Origin: Vicugna vicugna
Taxonomy: Eukaryota
Length of the DNA: 64,000 nucleotides
Reading direction: 5' to 3'
NCBI GenBank assembly: GCA_013265495.1
Contig: MU058213.1
Coordinates: 2,728,001-2,792,000 of the forward strand
Below are positions 13,265 through 26,090 of the stretch, one piece after another. Below the pieces are notes generated by a model that searched no databases, had not been told where the DNA came from, and saw only the letters and a list, made by a program, of their open reading frames with translations. Position 1 is the stretch's first letter; each line of letters opens with the position of its first letter. The translations under genes and the position numbers were made by a program.

Positions 13265-14345
13265 GGATTTCTACTGCTACTAATGAAAAGCTGCAAGAGA
13301 TGCAACTCTCATCCTAACAACAAGAAAAAGCTATAAAATCTACAAAATCAGATATTTTCTTAAGCCTACCAAGAGCTGAGGTTCCAGAAAAATCAAGCAA
13401 ACTGACTTCCGAAGGACAGAGGGGACATGAGACCTGTTTCACTCTTAACAAAACACAGGAGAAATAGGCAACTGCCTTGAAAGAGAAGAAGGAATCAGTG
13501 AAGTAAGTAATCCTTAAAGGCTGACTGTGGTTAGTGTGACAGGCTGTAATCCCTGGAAGCACAGACACAAGGGGTACCTATATTCATTCATAAGCTCTTT
13601 ATCATAAACTCCACCAGGTGCTCACAGAAAAGGCTGGGATCAGAGCAGGAGGTCCAAATGAGCCCCCTAGGTGGTGCACAGGCAGAAAATATGTCCATTC
13701 TCCGAACCAGTATGTGAAACAAAGCCTTAAGCCGTGGGCAAGGTTTAGGAAATCCTTCTGTCCCTAGTGGCCAGGGAGGATAGCAGCACAAGGTACCTGC
13801 TGCTGAGTGTAGACAGAGATCCCCACTGTAGTCCATAGATGCAAAGTGATCATGAAAATGGAGAATGAACATTGAGAAAACCTTTGTGACACCCCAAAGG
13901 AGCAGCAGCTCACTGCTCCAAGTGGTTAAAGGCTATGGTGCATTGACTGCAACTATAACAACAAAACTTAAACCCAGCTCAACCACTGATAAGATTCACT
14001 CAACTCCCCAGACTAAGGATTTGACAGAAGAGGTGGGCCCATTTCCAGGCATAAATACTATTTACCTCAGTTCCTACTATGCAATGTTTGGTATTTAATT
14101 CAAAAGTCTGACACACAAAAAGGTTAAAAATAGAAACCACTCATTGTCAAGTGAAACAGCAGTTAATAGAACTGGACCCAGAGATGACTCAGATGTTGGA
14201 ACTTTCAGACAGTGACAAACAAAAGTATCTATGATTAACATGTTAAATGATCTAGTGGAAAGGGTTGTCAGTCTGCATGAACAAATGGGAAATCTCAAAG
14301 AGATAAAACCTGTGGGGAAAAAAGTAAAATAGAATGTTGGAAATG
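13265..14345 (+). mobile_element. Old LINE-1 5'UTR and ORF1 start (L1MC/L1MD-like 5' end)
   Basis: 5'-end motifs and ORF1-start motifs (gactcagatgttggaactttcagacag...tatgattaacatgttaaa...atgaacaaatgggaaatctca). Confidence 0.6.
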
Positions 14346-14849
14346 TGGACAGATTCTATTGCCTTTAGTACATGTTGCTTTTAAATTTTCTTTGGCAAAC
14401 AGAAAATTCTAATGCTTTATAAATTATATATATATATATAATTATATATGTATACTTCATTTTTTACATATCCTTAATTATATAGAATAAATGTCATGTC
14501 CTAAATTTAGATTTAACCAACTATTAAAAACCAACAGATTCATGTCTGACATTGCTGTTTATCTCAGTCACCACCAGAAGTACAAGTCCCTCCAAGTCTA
14601 TCATGTGGATTCTTACCCTGGAGATTTTTTTTCTAGTTTTATTATGTAGAATTATTACAATTTGACTGCACATACACATTATATTGCATGTAAATACATA
14701 TGAATATACTGCACATTTTTTTAGTTTTCTTGTATGTATGAAGGTTTTATGGAAATATATATGGAGTTTTTAAATAAATTTATGGAAAAAATTCGTATCT
14801 CCTTTTCCTCCAAACTCCTCTTTCTAAAACTGTTAGAAACAGATCAGGT

Positions 14850-15030
14850 CTTGATTCAGCTACCTACTGTGTATGTGGATTTGAAAAGGTACTCTTCCTT
14901 TCTGAGCTTTCATTTTCTCATCAGTATAATGAAAACCATAATTACCAGATCACAAGTCATCAGGATAATAAATAATATTGTCAAGTGGGTAATATATAGA
15001 AGACACCCAATAAACGGTAGCTATGACTAC
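14850..15030 (+). mobile_element. MIR SINE
   Basis: ttcctttctgagctttcattttctcatcagtataatg...cacccaataaacggtagctat. Confidence 0.7.
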
Positions 15031-15380
15031 TGTAATTCTGCGCTTGTGTTCGTAGTAATTCTCACACACTTGAAGGTGAGGGGAAAGTGGAGCTGGTGTC
15101 TGTAGAGCACACAGTCATCTGTAACTGAAGCAAGGAATACTGTCATGAGAGTAAGAATTAAATTCTCCTTGATCGATGTGAACATAATCAGAAGAGTCAC
15201 ATCAGGCTTCTGGCCTTTACATTCAAATGTAAAATGGCCGAGCCAAATAATCTCCAAGGTTTCTTGAAATTCTAAAACTCTACAATTCCAAGCCTACCAG
15301 AATTCTTAAACTGTGACTCTGGATAAAATTTAGGAGTTTCATTTTCTTTTTAAATCAAATACAGTGTTTGTTATTCCTAC

Positions 15381-15662
15381 CATGGTTAATTTATAGTGTC
15401 CACTGGAAATAGGCTAAAATCTGGTATCTATCTGTGGATGAACAAATGAAAAAATAATATATCTATGTGTTCATGTACACTCATTTATCGAATAGCAAAC
15501 AGTTATACTGTCTTCTATCTTTTATGCCAAGACTTCTATTTCTGTTTATTTTGTTATTTTTGTGATGTGAATTTTCACTTTGATCTTTCTGATATAGAGA
15601 ACTATGGTCATTGACCAGTCGCCACCTAATATACCCCCTGAATCTCCACTAAAGTTTTTCAC
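15381..15662 (-). other. Weak candidate exon of the minus-strand host transcript
   Basis: Acceptor gttttacag|GTG at 15662 and possible donor ATG|GTAGGA at 15381 in unique sequence; no frame stays open across it. Confidence 0.3.
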
Positions 15663-16249
15663 CTGTAAAACTTCATTTACTTGGTACTTTAAACACAATA
15701 GTTTTGTATCATCTGGCTTTATTTTTGAACTACATGTGGGAAAATTAATAAAACTAATATAAATCACACAATGGATTAACACAAAATATTTGTTGTTGCC
15801 ATCAAGAAGGCTTGCTAGGCTAGAAATTCTTGTAAGCAAAATATTACACATAGGGTTGATGTCAGAACATTTAGTTCTTTTTAAAACTTCATCATTATGG
15901 CTACCAAAATGCTAGGTCCCTCTGGATTTCAAAAAGTTACAAGAAAAGTAACATTATAAGAAAGGTTAAAAATCAGTTATATCACACAAAGTTTTTCTAT
16001 AAATGAATATCAAAATATTTGAAAATATCTAGCTAAATCTCTTAAGCTAAATTTTTTATATTTTACTTAAATGTCATATAATTTCAATTTCACCAAGGAA
16101 AACAATCTGATATTAAAATAAGGTAATAAAACTGCCTCTTACTCCAAGAAAACTGTAAACACTAATAACCTTTTAAATACAACCAACTATTTTGTACTGT
16201 GGAAAAGAGGGTCAAGGAAATATTCATTTCAAAATCAAATAAGTTGGAA

Positions 16250-19200
16250 AGCAAGATGGCAACATAGGAAGATCCTTAACTCTCCTCCTCCCAAGGACAC
16301 AAATCTATACCTACTTATCGATTATTTTCTTCTGAAAAAGACCTAGAAACTAGATAAGCTGTTTTCCACCAAAATGGATCAAAGGATCATATTGAGATGG
16401 GGAGGAGAGGAAGAGACAGTCACACACACACACAAACATACACACACACACACACACACCAAGAAACCAAAACAAAACCCACACCTACCTCAGCAACACA
16501 CAATAGGGAGACATCTTGCCAAACAGGTGCCTCTCTTGGAAAATGAGGGGTAGGTGCCCCAAATAAGGTAACTTCAGCCCCTGGGATCTGCACCAGAGAG
16601 ACAAGTCCCCAGAATGGTCGGCTTAGAAAATCAGCAGAACTGAAATCCAAGGGACCCAAAGTGCTATCGAAAACTGAGATTTCCCTTTTCAAGGGCTTAC
16701 CTTAAATCAGATCCAATGAAAAAAACATCAGTTTGGAAAGTACCTAAACTTTCATATATGAAAAAGATTCATTTGCTAACTAAAAATGTTGTCTGGAGGG
16801 GCAGGAGATAGTCAAAATGCTCCCCCAGAGACAGTGGTCCTGGTGGGTGCCTTTATAGCACCCTCAACCTAAACTGCTAGCACAGGCAGGTGAGCTCAGC
16901 TGAGACACCCTTCCCACCATCTTTCAAAGACGTGGGGAAAAGCAACCAAAGCACTATGCAACTGTGTTGTTAAAGCCAGAGGCTCAGGCAGTTGCATTCT
17001 CTCAGTCCTTGGCTGGCGCAGGCGTGTAAGAATGGTTGTAGCATTATACCACCTCCTAGCTAAAGTCTGTGAGCAGCTATGGTTGTGAAATTCCCCTGTC
17101 CTTGGGCTGGGGCTGGAGAAAAAGCGTGGTCCCAGTATTCTCCTACTCCCAACCTGAAGCCTGTGCATGTGCACAGACAAGTCACTCTCTCTGGCATTGG
17201 TGAAGCCTGCAGGCTTGCACTGTCAAGACATTTTTCCACCACATTTCTAAAGCCAGCAACTGTGTCTTGCCTCCTCTACTCTCCAGCTACCCTGCTAAAG
17301 CCATCAGGTGTGCACAATCCACACAAGAGACACAACTTGATCATCTGGCTCTGGTGGCCAAGGGGGCTAATGTTCCTGAGCTCTCTGGGGTCGTAACAAT
17401 TGGAAAGACAGTTTTTGCCAGGCCATCCTGGGCACTGCACAGACAACAGACAAGAACATAACTCCATTTTTCTTGTGAAAAATGCCTACTTACTTACCCT
17501 GGAGCTTCAGCCTGAGACATAGGCTTCAGGTTTCCCACAGCCAGTTGGAACACTGACAGATCTTGGGACATCCTCAACAGTGGGGGCATATTAAGAATAA
17601 ATCAGGCAATTTAGACAATCACAAAGATCTGAAACCAAGGGCAAGGTTGAACAAGAGGAATTGTCTCCTACAAAAGGCTGCTTCTTCAAGACTGGAAGAG
17701 GTAGATGCTTCACCTAATACACAGAAACAAACATAATCAAGTGAAATGAAGAAACAGAGATGTATGTTCCAAACAAGAGAATAAAACAGAATGTCAAGAA
17801 GAGACTTTAGTGATATGGAGATAAATAATGGACCTAATAAAGAATTTCAAATAATGATCAAGCTATTCACTAAACCAGAGAGAAGAATGGATGAATACAG
17901 TGAGAACTTCAATAAAGAGACTGAAAATACAAGAAACTACCAAACAGAAGTCACGGAGCTGAAGAACACAACAACTGAACTGATAACCACACTACAGGGG
18001 TTCAAGAGCAAATTAGGCAAAGCCTAAGAATGGTTCAGCAATCTCCAAGATAAAGCAATGGGACTTACACAAAGCAGGGAAAAGAAAAACAGAACTTAAA
18101 ACATTAAGATAACTTAAAGGGCCTCTTGGACAACATGCAGCAGAGTAACATTCACATTATAGGAGTCTCAGAAGGAGGAGAGAAAGAAGAGGGCAGAAAT
18201 CTAATTTGAAGAAATAATGGCAAAAATTGTATAAATAAATGAAATGAAATGAAATGAAAAGAAAGGAAAAGAAAAAAAAAAAAAAAGAAGGGAAAAGAAA
18301 TAATGGCTGAAAACTTCCCTAACCAAGGGAAGAAAACAGACATCCAGGTCCAGGAAGACCAAAAAGTTCCCAAAAAGATGAATCAAAAGAGATCCATGCC
18401 AAGATACATTATAATTAAAATATCGAAAGATAAAGAGAGAATCTTAAAAGCAGCAAGAGAAAAATATTACTGCATACAAGGGAAATCCCATAAAGCCATC
18501 AGATTTCTCAGCAAAAACATTGCAGGCCAGAAGGGAATGGCATGACATATTCAAAATAACAAATGGAGAAAATCTTCCAAACAAGATAACCTTGCTGAAC
18601 AGAGTATTTATTTGGATTTTAGGAGAGATGAGTTTTTCAAACAAGCAAAAGCTAAAGGAGTGTATCACTACTAAACTGATCTAACAAGAAGTATTATAGG
18701 GAAAGCTGAAAAGAAATGATACCATTTATAACAAGAGAACATACAAAACTGAAAACTTCACTGGAAAAGGTAAACATGTAGTAAACATAGTAGATTAAAT
18801 CACTTATAAAGCTACTAAGAAGGTTAAAAGATAAAAGAAGTAAAATTAACTAAACTGCAATAATTAGTTAAAAGATCCATACAATTTTTAAATGTGAAAA
18901 GTAACATCAAAAATATAAAATGTGGATGGAGGCATAAAAATATAGGGTTTCATAATGTGTTCAAATTTAAGTTGCTATCAACTTAAAATAGACTGTTACA
19001 TACCTAAGGTAATATATAATAATATAGTAACCACAAAGCAAAAGCTTATAGTAAATACACAAAAGAAAATGAGAAAGGAATCTAAGTGTAACATTAATGA
19101 AAGTCATGAAACCACAGGAAAGAGAAAGAGAAGAAAGTAACGGAGAGGAATTACAAAAACAGCCAGCAAACAATTAACAAAATGACAGTAAAAACATATT

Positions 19201-20372
19201 AATAATTACTTTAAATGTGAATGAACTAAATTATATAATCAAAAGACAGAGTGGCTAAGTGGATAATAAAACAAGACATATTTACATAATAAAAACAAGA
19301 CATTTACATCTATGTAATGCCTAGAAGAGATTCACTTTGGAAGTAAGGACACACGTGACTTAAAGTCAAGGAACAAAAAAATATATTCCATGTACATGGC
19401 AATGAAAAGAAAGCTGGTATAGCTACACTCCTATCAGAAAAAAAAGAGACTTCAGAACAGACTATAATAAAAGACAAAGAGCATCATTATATGATAAAGG
19501 GGTCAATTCAGCAAGAAGGCATAACATGAATATATATATGCACCTGACACAGGAACTACATATAAATATATACAGCAAATATTTACAGACATAAAGGGAG
19601 AAATGACAGCAATACAGAAATAGCAGGAAACATCAACACCCAATTACATCAGTGGATAAATCGTACAGACATAAAATCAAAACAACACATTAGATCAGAT
19701 GAACTTAATAGATACACTCATAACACTTCATCCAAAAGCAGCAGAATACACATTCTTCTCAAGAGCACACAAAACTTTCTCTAGGATCGATCACATATTA
19801 GATCACAAAACAATTCCTAATAGACTCCAGAAAATTTAGATCATATCAAGCATCTTTTCTGACCACAATGGTATGCAAGTAGAAATCAAACACAAGAAGA
19901 AAATAAACAACATGTTACTGAACAACCACTGAGACACAGAAAAAGTCAAAGGAGAAATAAATAACTACCTGGAGACAAATGAAAACAGAAATACAATGTA
20001 CCAAAACTGATGGGATACCGACGCACAGCTCTCAGAGAGAAGTCCGCAGCAATACAACTCTACCTCAAGAAACAAGAGAAATCTCAAATGAACAATTTAA
20101 CTCTAGACCTACAGGAATTAGAAAAAAAGAGTAACAAGGGAATCTCAAAGTTAGTAAAAGAAATAAAGATCAGAGCAGAAATAAATGTAATAAAGACTAA
20201 AAATACAGTAGAAAAGATTAATAAAAAAACTAAGAGCTGGTTCTTTGAAAAACAAAATTGGCAAACCTTTAGCTAGACTCATCAAGAAAAAGAGGTTTCA
20301 AATAAATAACATCAGAAATGAAAAATGAGTTCCAACTAATACCACAAAAATACAAAGAATTATTGGATACTA
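16250..20372 (+). mobile_element. LINE-1 with 5'UTR, ORF1 (~17745-18720) and ORF2 endonuclease region (~19180-20372), 3'-truncated
   Basis: YY1-like CAAGATGGC at the 5' end; ORF1 peptides (MAENFPNQGKKTDIQVQE, KERILKAAREK); EN start ITLNVN-like; KINKKTKSWFFEK; frameshifted. Confidence 0.9.
16421..16458. repeat. (CA)n microsatellite
   Basis: Interrupted CA run read directly. Confidence 0.9.
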
Positions 20373-20839
20373 ATCAAATAAGTTTTAAGTGGGAAGAGGG
20401 CTCATGGTTTAATAGAAGATTATTTCAGGCCATTTTCCTGTTAGTTTATGGGACCTATGCTACAATGCAGTACCATCCAATTTATGCCTCACTTAGGACC
20501 TTATTATCAATATCCTGGATAATTTCATAGACACAATGACAGACTGTATAAATTAGAAGTGGTCATGTTTTCCAGAGACTGTAAAACTTTTAAGAATATG
20601 GTTTTAAGGGTCAAGTATTCACATTTCTTTGGTGGCTTACCAGAAGTAATTATTTAAAATATAACACAATAATACAACTATATATTTTAAAATAGTTTGA
20701 TCCCTACTTTTACGATGCTGAATGCTAATAAAAGAACTTCTAAGAGCCAGAGAAAGTATATTTAGGCTCTCAGGGACTCAGAGGGTGGGAAGAAGAAAGA
20801 ATTGTGGCCTGAGACCTCCTGGTAGACGGGGACTAGAGG

Positions 20840-20960
20840 ATACTGGCACAAGAGAAATCAGCAAACGCATATGAGCAACAGGGTGAGGCAGCACCCAACG
20901 GCCAACAGCCAACTCCAGCAGATCCAGAGAATCCGAGCAGTTCTATATTCCACTCTATGG
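20840..20960 (+). mobile_element. L3/CR1 fragment
   Basis: aaacgcatatgagcaacagggtgaggcagc resembles the CR1 RT motif aagctcaatatgagtcaacagtgtgatg. Confidence 0.35.
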
Positions 20961-22167
20961 TTCCAGAGTTAACAAGCTTAACTTTCCTAAATTAACAGAG
21001 AAGTTAGGAGTAATGGTCTCAATCTAGTTTCTGAGAGTAGAAATGATAGTAATCTATGTTCAGTATTTCACAAAGCATAACAGATAGTGTCACATCAACT
21101 GTAATGTGTATTCAGTGACAAAAACTTTCTTAGCGTAGACACCTATAATGAGAAACATTAAAAATTGTCCTTGATAGTTAAAAAAAAGAATTAAATTTTT
21201 GGAGACCTCTGGAAAATATCTAGGCAGGGAAATGAGGGTCGAAGACAACACATGTTTTTTTCCTCTCCACCTCCTTCACTTTAATTTTCACTTTTTCTAT
21301 GTTCTCTTCTTTTCTATCCTTCTTCTTTCCTGTATCTATTTTTAATCTCTCTCTAGCTTTTACTAGCTAAAAATCAACGACCCATTTTGGGTAACTGGAA
21401 GACCCTGAATGAAAACTGTCCCCTTGAATCTCCTACTACCACTACCAACAAACCTTTCCGTTTCTTACAGCGCACAGTGACACAGAGTAGACCCAACACA
21501 CACACAAAAATGCTGCTTTCACATGCAAGTTAGTCTTTTTGATAGAGATTTTATGGTCTTAAACAAGCAGGCCTTTCAAATAAAAAAGTCGTATCTACTG
21601 GCTTGATCCATCTTCTAGATAGTCTGGTAGCCAGAGTGAAAATCATTCACTCAGATTTTGTAAGAATGTAGCCCTAGATTTACCTAAAGGAACCAGACTA
21701 ACCCAATAGGCTTAATAGGAAACAAAGAAAGAAACAAACAAGCTTCGCTCCTCAACCGCCAAACCCTCCTATGAGTCACAGTTCTTGGCTTCTGGTCCTG
21801 CCCCTGGTTCTTTGAGTTCAGGTCCTGAGAATCACCACATGTCCTATTATGTGTCCATATACTACTTCTCTTAGACCTTGTTTAAATGTACCAGCCATGG
21901 CACGATGCTATGGTTCAGCAAAGAAACTTCATGGTATTTACCATTTAGAGGAGCTCCCTTCTACATCTAGGAAGTGATTAGTGATACTGTGGCAACACAC
22001 AGTTCTTGCATTGAGAGTGTACCTCAGTCCTTTCAGATCACTCCAAAAGAGGTTTACGCCTCCTCAGAAAATAGTTCAGTCCTTTTCTCCAGGGCCTAAA
22101 GAGGATATCCCCCCAGTATGTCTATATTAAGACTGGCCATCTCTCCCAAAGGGTTTAAAGGCTTCCC

Positions 22168-22605
22168 TCTGGAAATTGTCATTCTAAGTGAAGTAAACCA
22201 GAAAGAGAAAAAAAACCAAAACCGTATGATATCACTCATTTGTGGAATCTTAAAAAAAAAAAAAAGCAAAGAAAGAAAAAAGCGAACACTAATGAACTGA
22301 TCTACAAAACAGAAACAGACTTGCAGACATAGTGAACAATCTTATGATTACTGGGGGAAAGGAGGCGGGAAGGGATAAATTTGGGAGATTGAGATTTGCA
22401 AACGTTAACCACTATGGATAAAAATAGATTTAAAAACTTTCTTCTGTATAGCACAGGGAGCTATATTCAATATCTTGTAATAACCTGTAATGAATATAAT
22501 ATGAATATGAAAACAAATGTGTGTGTGTGTGTGTATGCATGACTGGAACATTATGCTGTACACCAGAAATTGATACATTGTAACTGACTATACTTCAATT
22601 AAAAT
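22168..22605 (+). mobile_element. Young camelid-type L1 3' end
   Basis: ORF2 terminus (EIVILSEVNQKEK...MISLICGI) and 3'UTR ending ctgactatacttcaattaaaa. Confidence 0.85.
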
Positions 22606-23511
22606 ATATATTATATATATATGCATTCAAAGCACCCATAAAACTGATACACTAAAAACTTCTGGTCTTGGTTTGGGCAATTCTGTGGCATTTTGAAATT
22701 TCACTGTACCTTGGATCACTCAGTCTCATTAAGTGAGGCTAACTTTTCAGGCAGTGAGTTATGGACACTGTTTGCAAGCTAGTTGTTCACCTGTCTAGTT
22801 CTTAGTCTCTATCGATCATGTCTTTCTCTGCTGCTTCTTGACTCAGTTTATCACTCACCCAATCCAGCTGGAATTTATTGCACTACCAGTTTATTTTGAA
22901 ATAAGGTCTCATTGATTAAAGCCAACTTGTGTGACTTCAGCAGATACCTCTAATAGGCCAGTACAAGCCAGTAACTGATATAAATTACTGGGAATTTATA
23001 TATCAGATGGGAAGCCATCCCACACAATTCTAACTTCATAGAACACAATTATCAGCACAAATCCTGCATACTCTGTGTTTTTCCATCATGTAACTTTGCC
23101 CTTGGCGCTCCCATGTATTCTCATTTTGGCTACTAATGTTCTGTCACTTTGCTGCTCACAAAGCACATTTGTCTTGACCTTTTCTTTTTACCAAACTGCC
23201 TATGTCTAATCAAAGCAATAAAATGTGAAAATGCAAAGGGTAACAAAAACTACATCATCTTTACTAGTAATAATTTATGGAAAAGTTTAAATCACCATTT
23301 CTCAAAACTTCCAGCCCTAGGGTTTCACCCAGCACTTAGAACACGGCTCCACACATCACATTCTTATATATTCAGGGCAGTATCACATAAACAGTCTCCT
23401 CAGTAACCACTGCAATCTGTGCTTTCACATTTGTAGTTAAGATCCAGCCATGGACGTAGGGTGCTTAGGCAAATATGGAGAGATGCGAGAGAAGCACTGT
23501 AAGACTTTATG

Positions 23512-24510
23512 TGACAAGGGCTTAATTCCCAGAATATGTAAACAGCTCAAACAACTTAATAAAAAAAAAAAAACCACTCAATCCAAAAATGAGCAGAAGT
23601 CCTAATAACGAATTCTCCAATGAAGACATACAAATGACCAATAGGCACATGAAAAAATGCTATCACTAATTATCAGAGAAATGCAAATCAAAACACCTCA
23701 CACCTGTCAGAATGGCCATCATTCAAAAGTCGACAAACAACAAACGCTGGAGAGGCTCTGGAGAAAAGGGAACCCTCCTATATGCTGGTGGGAATGCAGT
23801 TTGCTGCAGCCATTGTGGAAAACAGTATGGAGATTCCTCGAAAAACTAAAAGTAGACTTACCGTATGATCCAGCAATCCCACTGCTGGGCATATATATAT
23901 CCAGACGGAACTTGAATTCGAAAAGATACATGCACCTCAATGTTCATAGCAGCACTATATACAATAGCCAAGACATGGAAACAACCTAAATGTCCACTGA
24001 CACATGACTGGATAAAGAAGTCGTGGTATATTTGTACAATGGAATACTACTCAGCCATAAGAATTAATAAAATAATGCCTTTTGCAGCAACATGGATGGA
24101 TCTGGATATTGTCATTCTAAGTGAAGTAAGCCAGGAAGAGAAAGAAAAATACCGTATGATATCACTTGCATGTGGAATCTAAAAAAAAATAGACAAATGA
24201 ACTTATTTACAAAATAGAAACAGACTCACAGAAATCAAATTTATGGTTTCCAGGGGGCAAGCGGGTAGGAAGAGAGAAATTGGGAGTTCTAGATTTGCAG
24301 ATACTAACTACCATGTATAAAACAGATAAACAACAAGTTTATACAGTAAAGCACAGGGAACTATATTCAACATCTTATAGTAACCTGTAATGAAAAAAGA
24401 ATATGAAAATGAATATATGTATCTATAGGTATGACTGAAACATTATGCTGTACACCAGAAATTGAAACAACATTGTAAACCGACTATACTTCAATTAAAA
24501 AAAAAAAAAA
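23512..24510 (+). mobile_element. Young camelid-type L1, ~1 kb 3' fragment
   Basis: ORF2 C-terminal peptides [30 protein letters not shown] and [19 protein letters not shown]...ILSEVSQ; poly(A); TSD actttatg at 23504-23511 and 24511-24518. Confidence 0.95.
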
Positions 24511-25674
24511 ACTTTATGCATATAAAGAACCAAGGAAACTCATGGGGAAAATTCCATCCTAAGAAGCAACACCTGATCTGTGACAAACATCTGATCAAGT
24601 ACAGTAGACCAGACTGAGAATAAGATTCTGATTACCCCACTGTTTTAATTATGATCTTCTAAGAAGAGAATAGAGCGATGGAATTAAGCACGCTTTGGGC
24701 TCTAGATTCATGATGCTTACTTGATTGGGGGAGATAGTTTTAGAACTAGGGGGTAAATAAATAATATTTACAAATCCAATTAATTATGATTTTGATAAGT
24801 TCCACAAACAGAAGCATGGGGCCATTAAAATCTGGAATGTAACTTTGTGCCGTAAGATTCATTTATTCCCTCAATAAATATTTTATTGGCATCTACTTGG
24901 GTTCAGACACAGGGCTCCTATAATCTTCAAGTCAAGTGAAATACAAAACTACTTGACATGGAGACATCATCACCCTCCCTTGATGAATCTTCTGCATCCT
25001 CAGTGATGATACAATAGGTGGAAACAGCTTCAGTAGCAGTGCTCCCTGCAGTGAGAATATGCAGCTTCAGTGCCCTCATTTCAGACACCAATTCTCTGGA
25101 CCATGGGCACAGACAGCCTTGGCTGGCAGGAGCAACCACTTCAGGCTTTGATAAGCAGTGCCTTTGAAGGGCATTAGTGAAGAGTAGACATCATTAAAGC
25201 TAAGAAACCATGAACGAATGGAAATGATTACGGTTAGGAAGTAGCCATGACGCTTTACTTCCTGGAGGATGCCAGAATTCTTTCAGAGAAGAATCAATCT
25301 AATGATGAGTAAATGGACCCACCCAACCAAGAAATACGATTTTATATTAATTTCAGATGGCTTCACTTTTATATTCTGTCTGGTCTGACAAAGGAAACCG
25401 AAGATACAGAAAATATCCACACATAAATATCAGTAATAGAATTAGTAAAATAAGGTTGTTTTTGAGTAGGGGATGATTCCCATGCACTGAGGGACACATG
25501 CCTCCTGCTGATTCAAAGGTGTGAATCTATTATAAAATTGTAGCCAAAATGACAGATTTGGGGGCAAGGGATTTCCTATAAATCACACATCCCCCCCCAT
25601 TTCAGGGAATACTAATAAACAAGCATATTGTCTCCTGAGGTCTCTGTACCTTGAGGTTCATGTAGGTGTATTAT

Positions 25675-26090
25675 AAGACTGAATGATATCACTTATATGC
25701 AAGATTTAAACAACAAAGAGAGAGAGAGAGAATTCACAAAAACAGAGTGGACTGGTAGTCACCAAAGGTAGAGGATGGGATGGGGAGTGGAGGAATGGAT
25801 GACGACTGTCAAAATGTACAAACTTAACAACTATAGGATAAATAAGTTCAGGGAGTGTAATGTACAGCATGGTGACTGTAATTAACAATGTATTGTATAT
25901 CTGAAAGCAGTTAAGAGAACAGACATTAAAAGTTTTCATTACAACGAAACAAATGTAAATACGTGAGCAGATGGTTGCTAACTACACTTAGTGTGGTAAT
26001 CATTTCACAATATGTACATACATCATTATGTTGTACACCTTAAACTTACACTGACATAACGTAAGTCAACTGTATCTCGGTAAAACTGGG
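25675..26090 (+). mobile_element. LINE-1 3' end (L1MA9-like)
   Basis: aatgtacagcatggtgactgtaattaacaat...gtggtaatcatttcacaatat...tgttgtacaccttaaac. Confidence 0.75.

Noticed and set aside
21260..21360. Plus-strand pyrimidine tract ending in tag
   Set aside because: Low-complexity tract with no downstream open exon and donor.
23657..24182. ORFs with clear protein similarity
   Set aside because: L1 ORF2 C-terminal remnants in a 5'-truncated copy, not a host gene.
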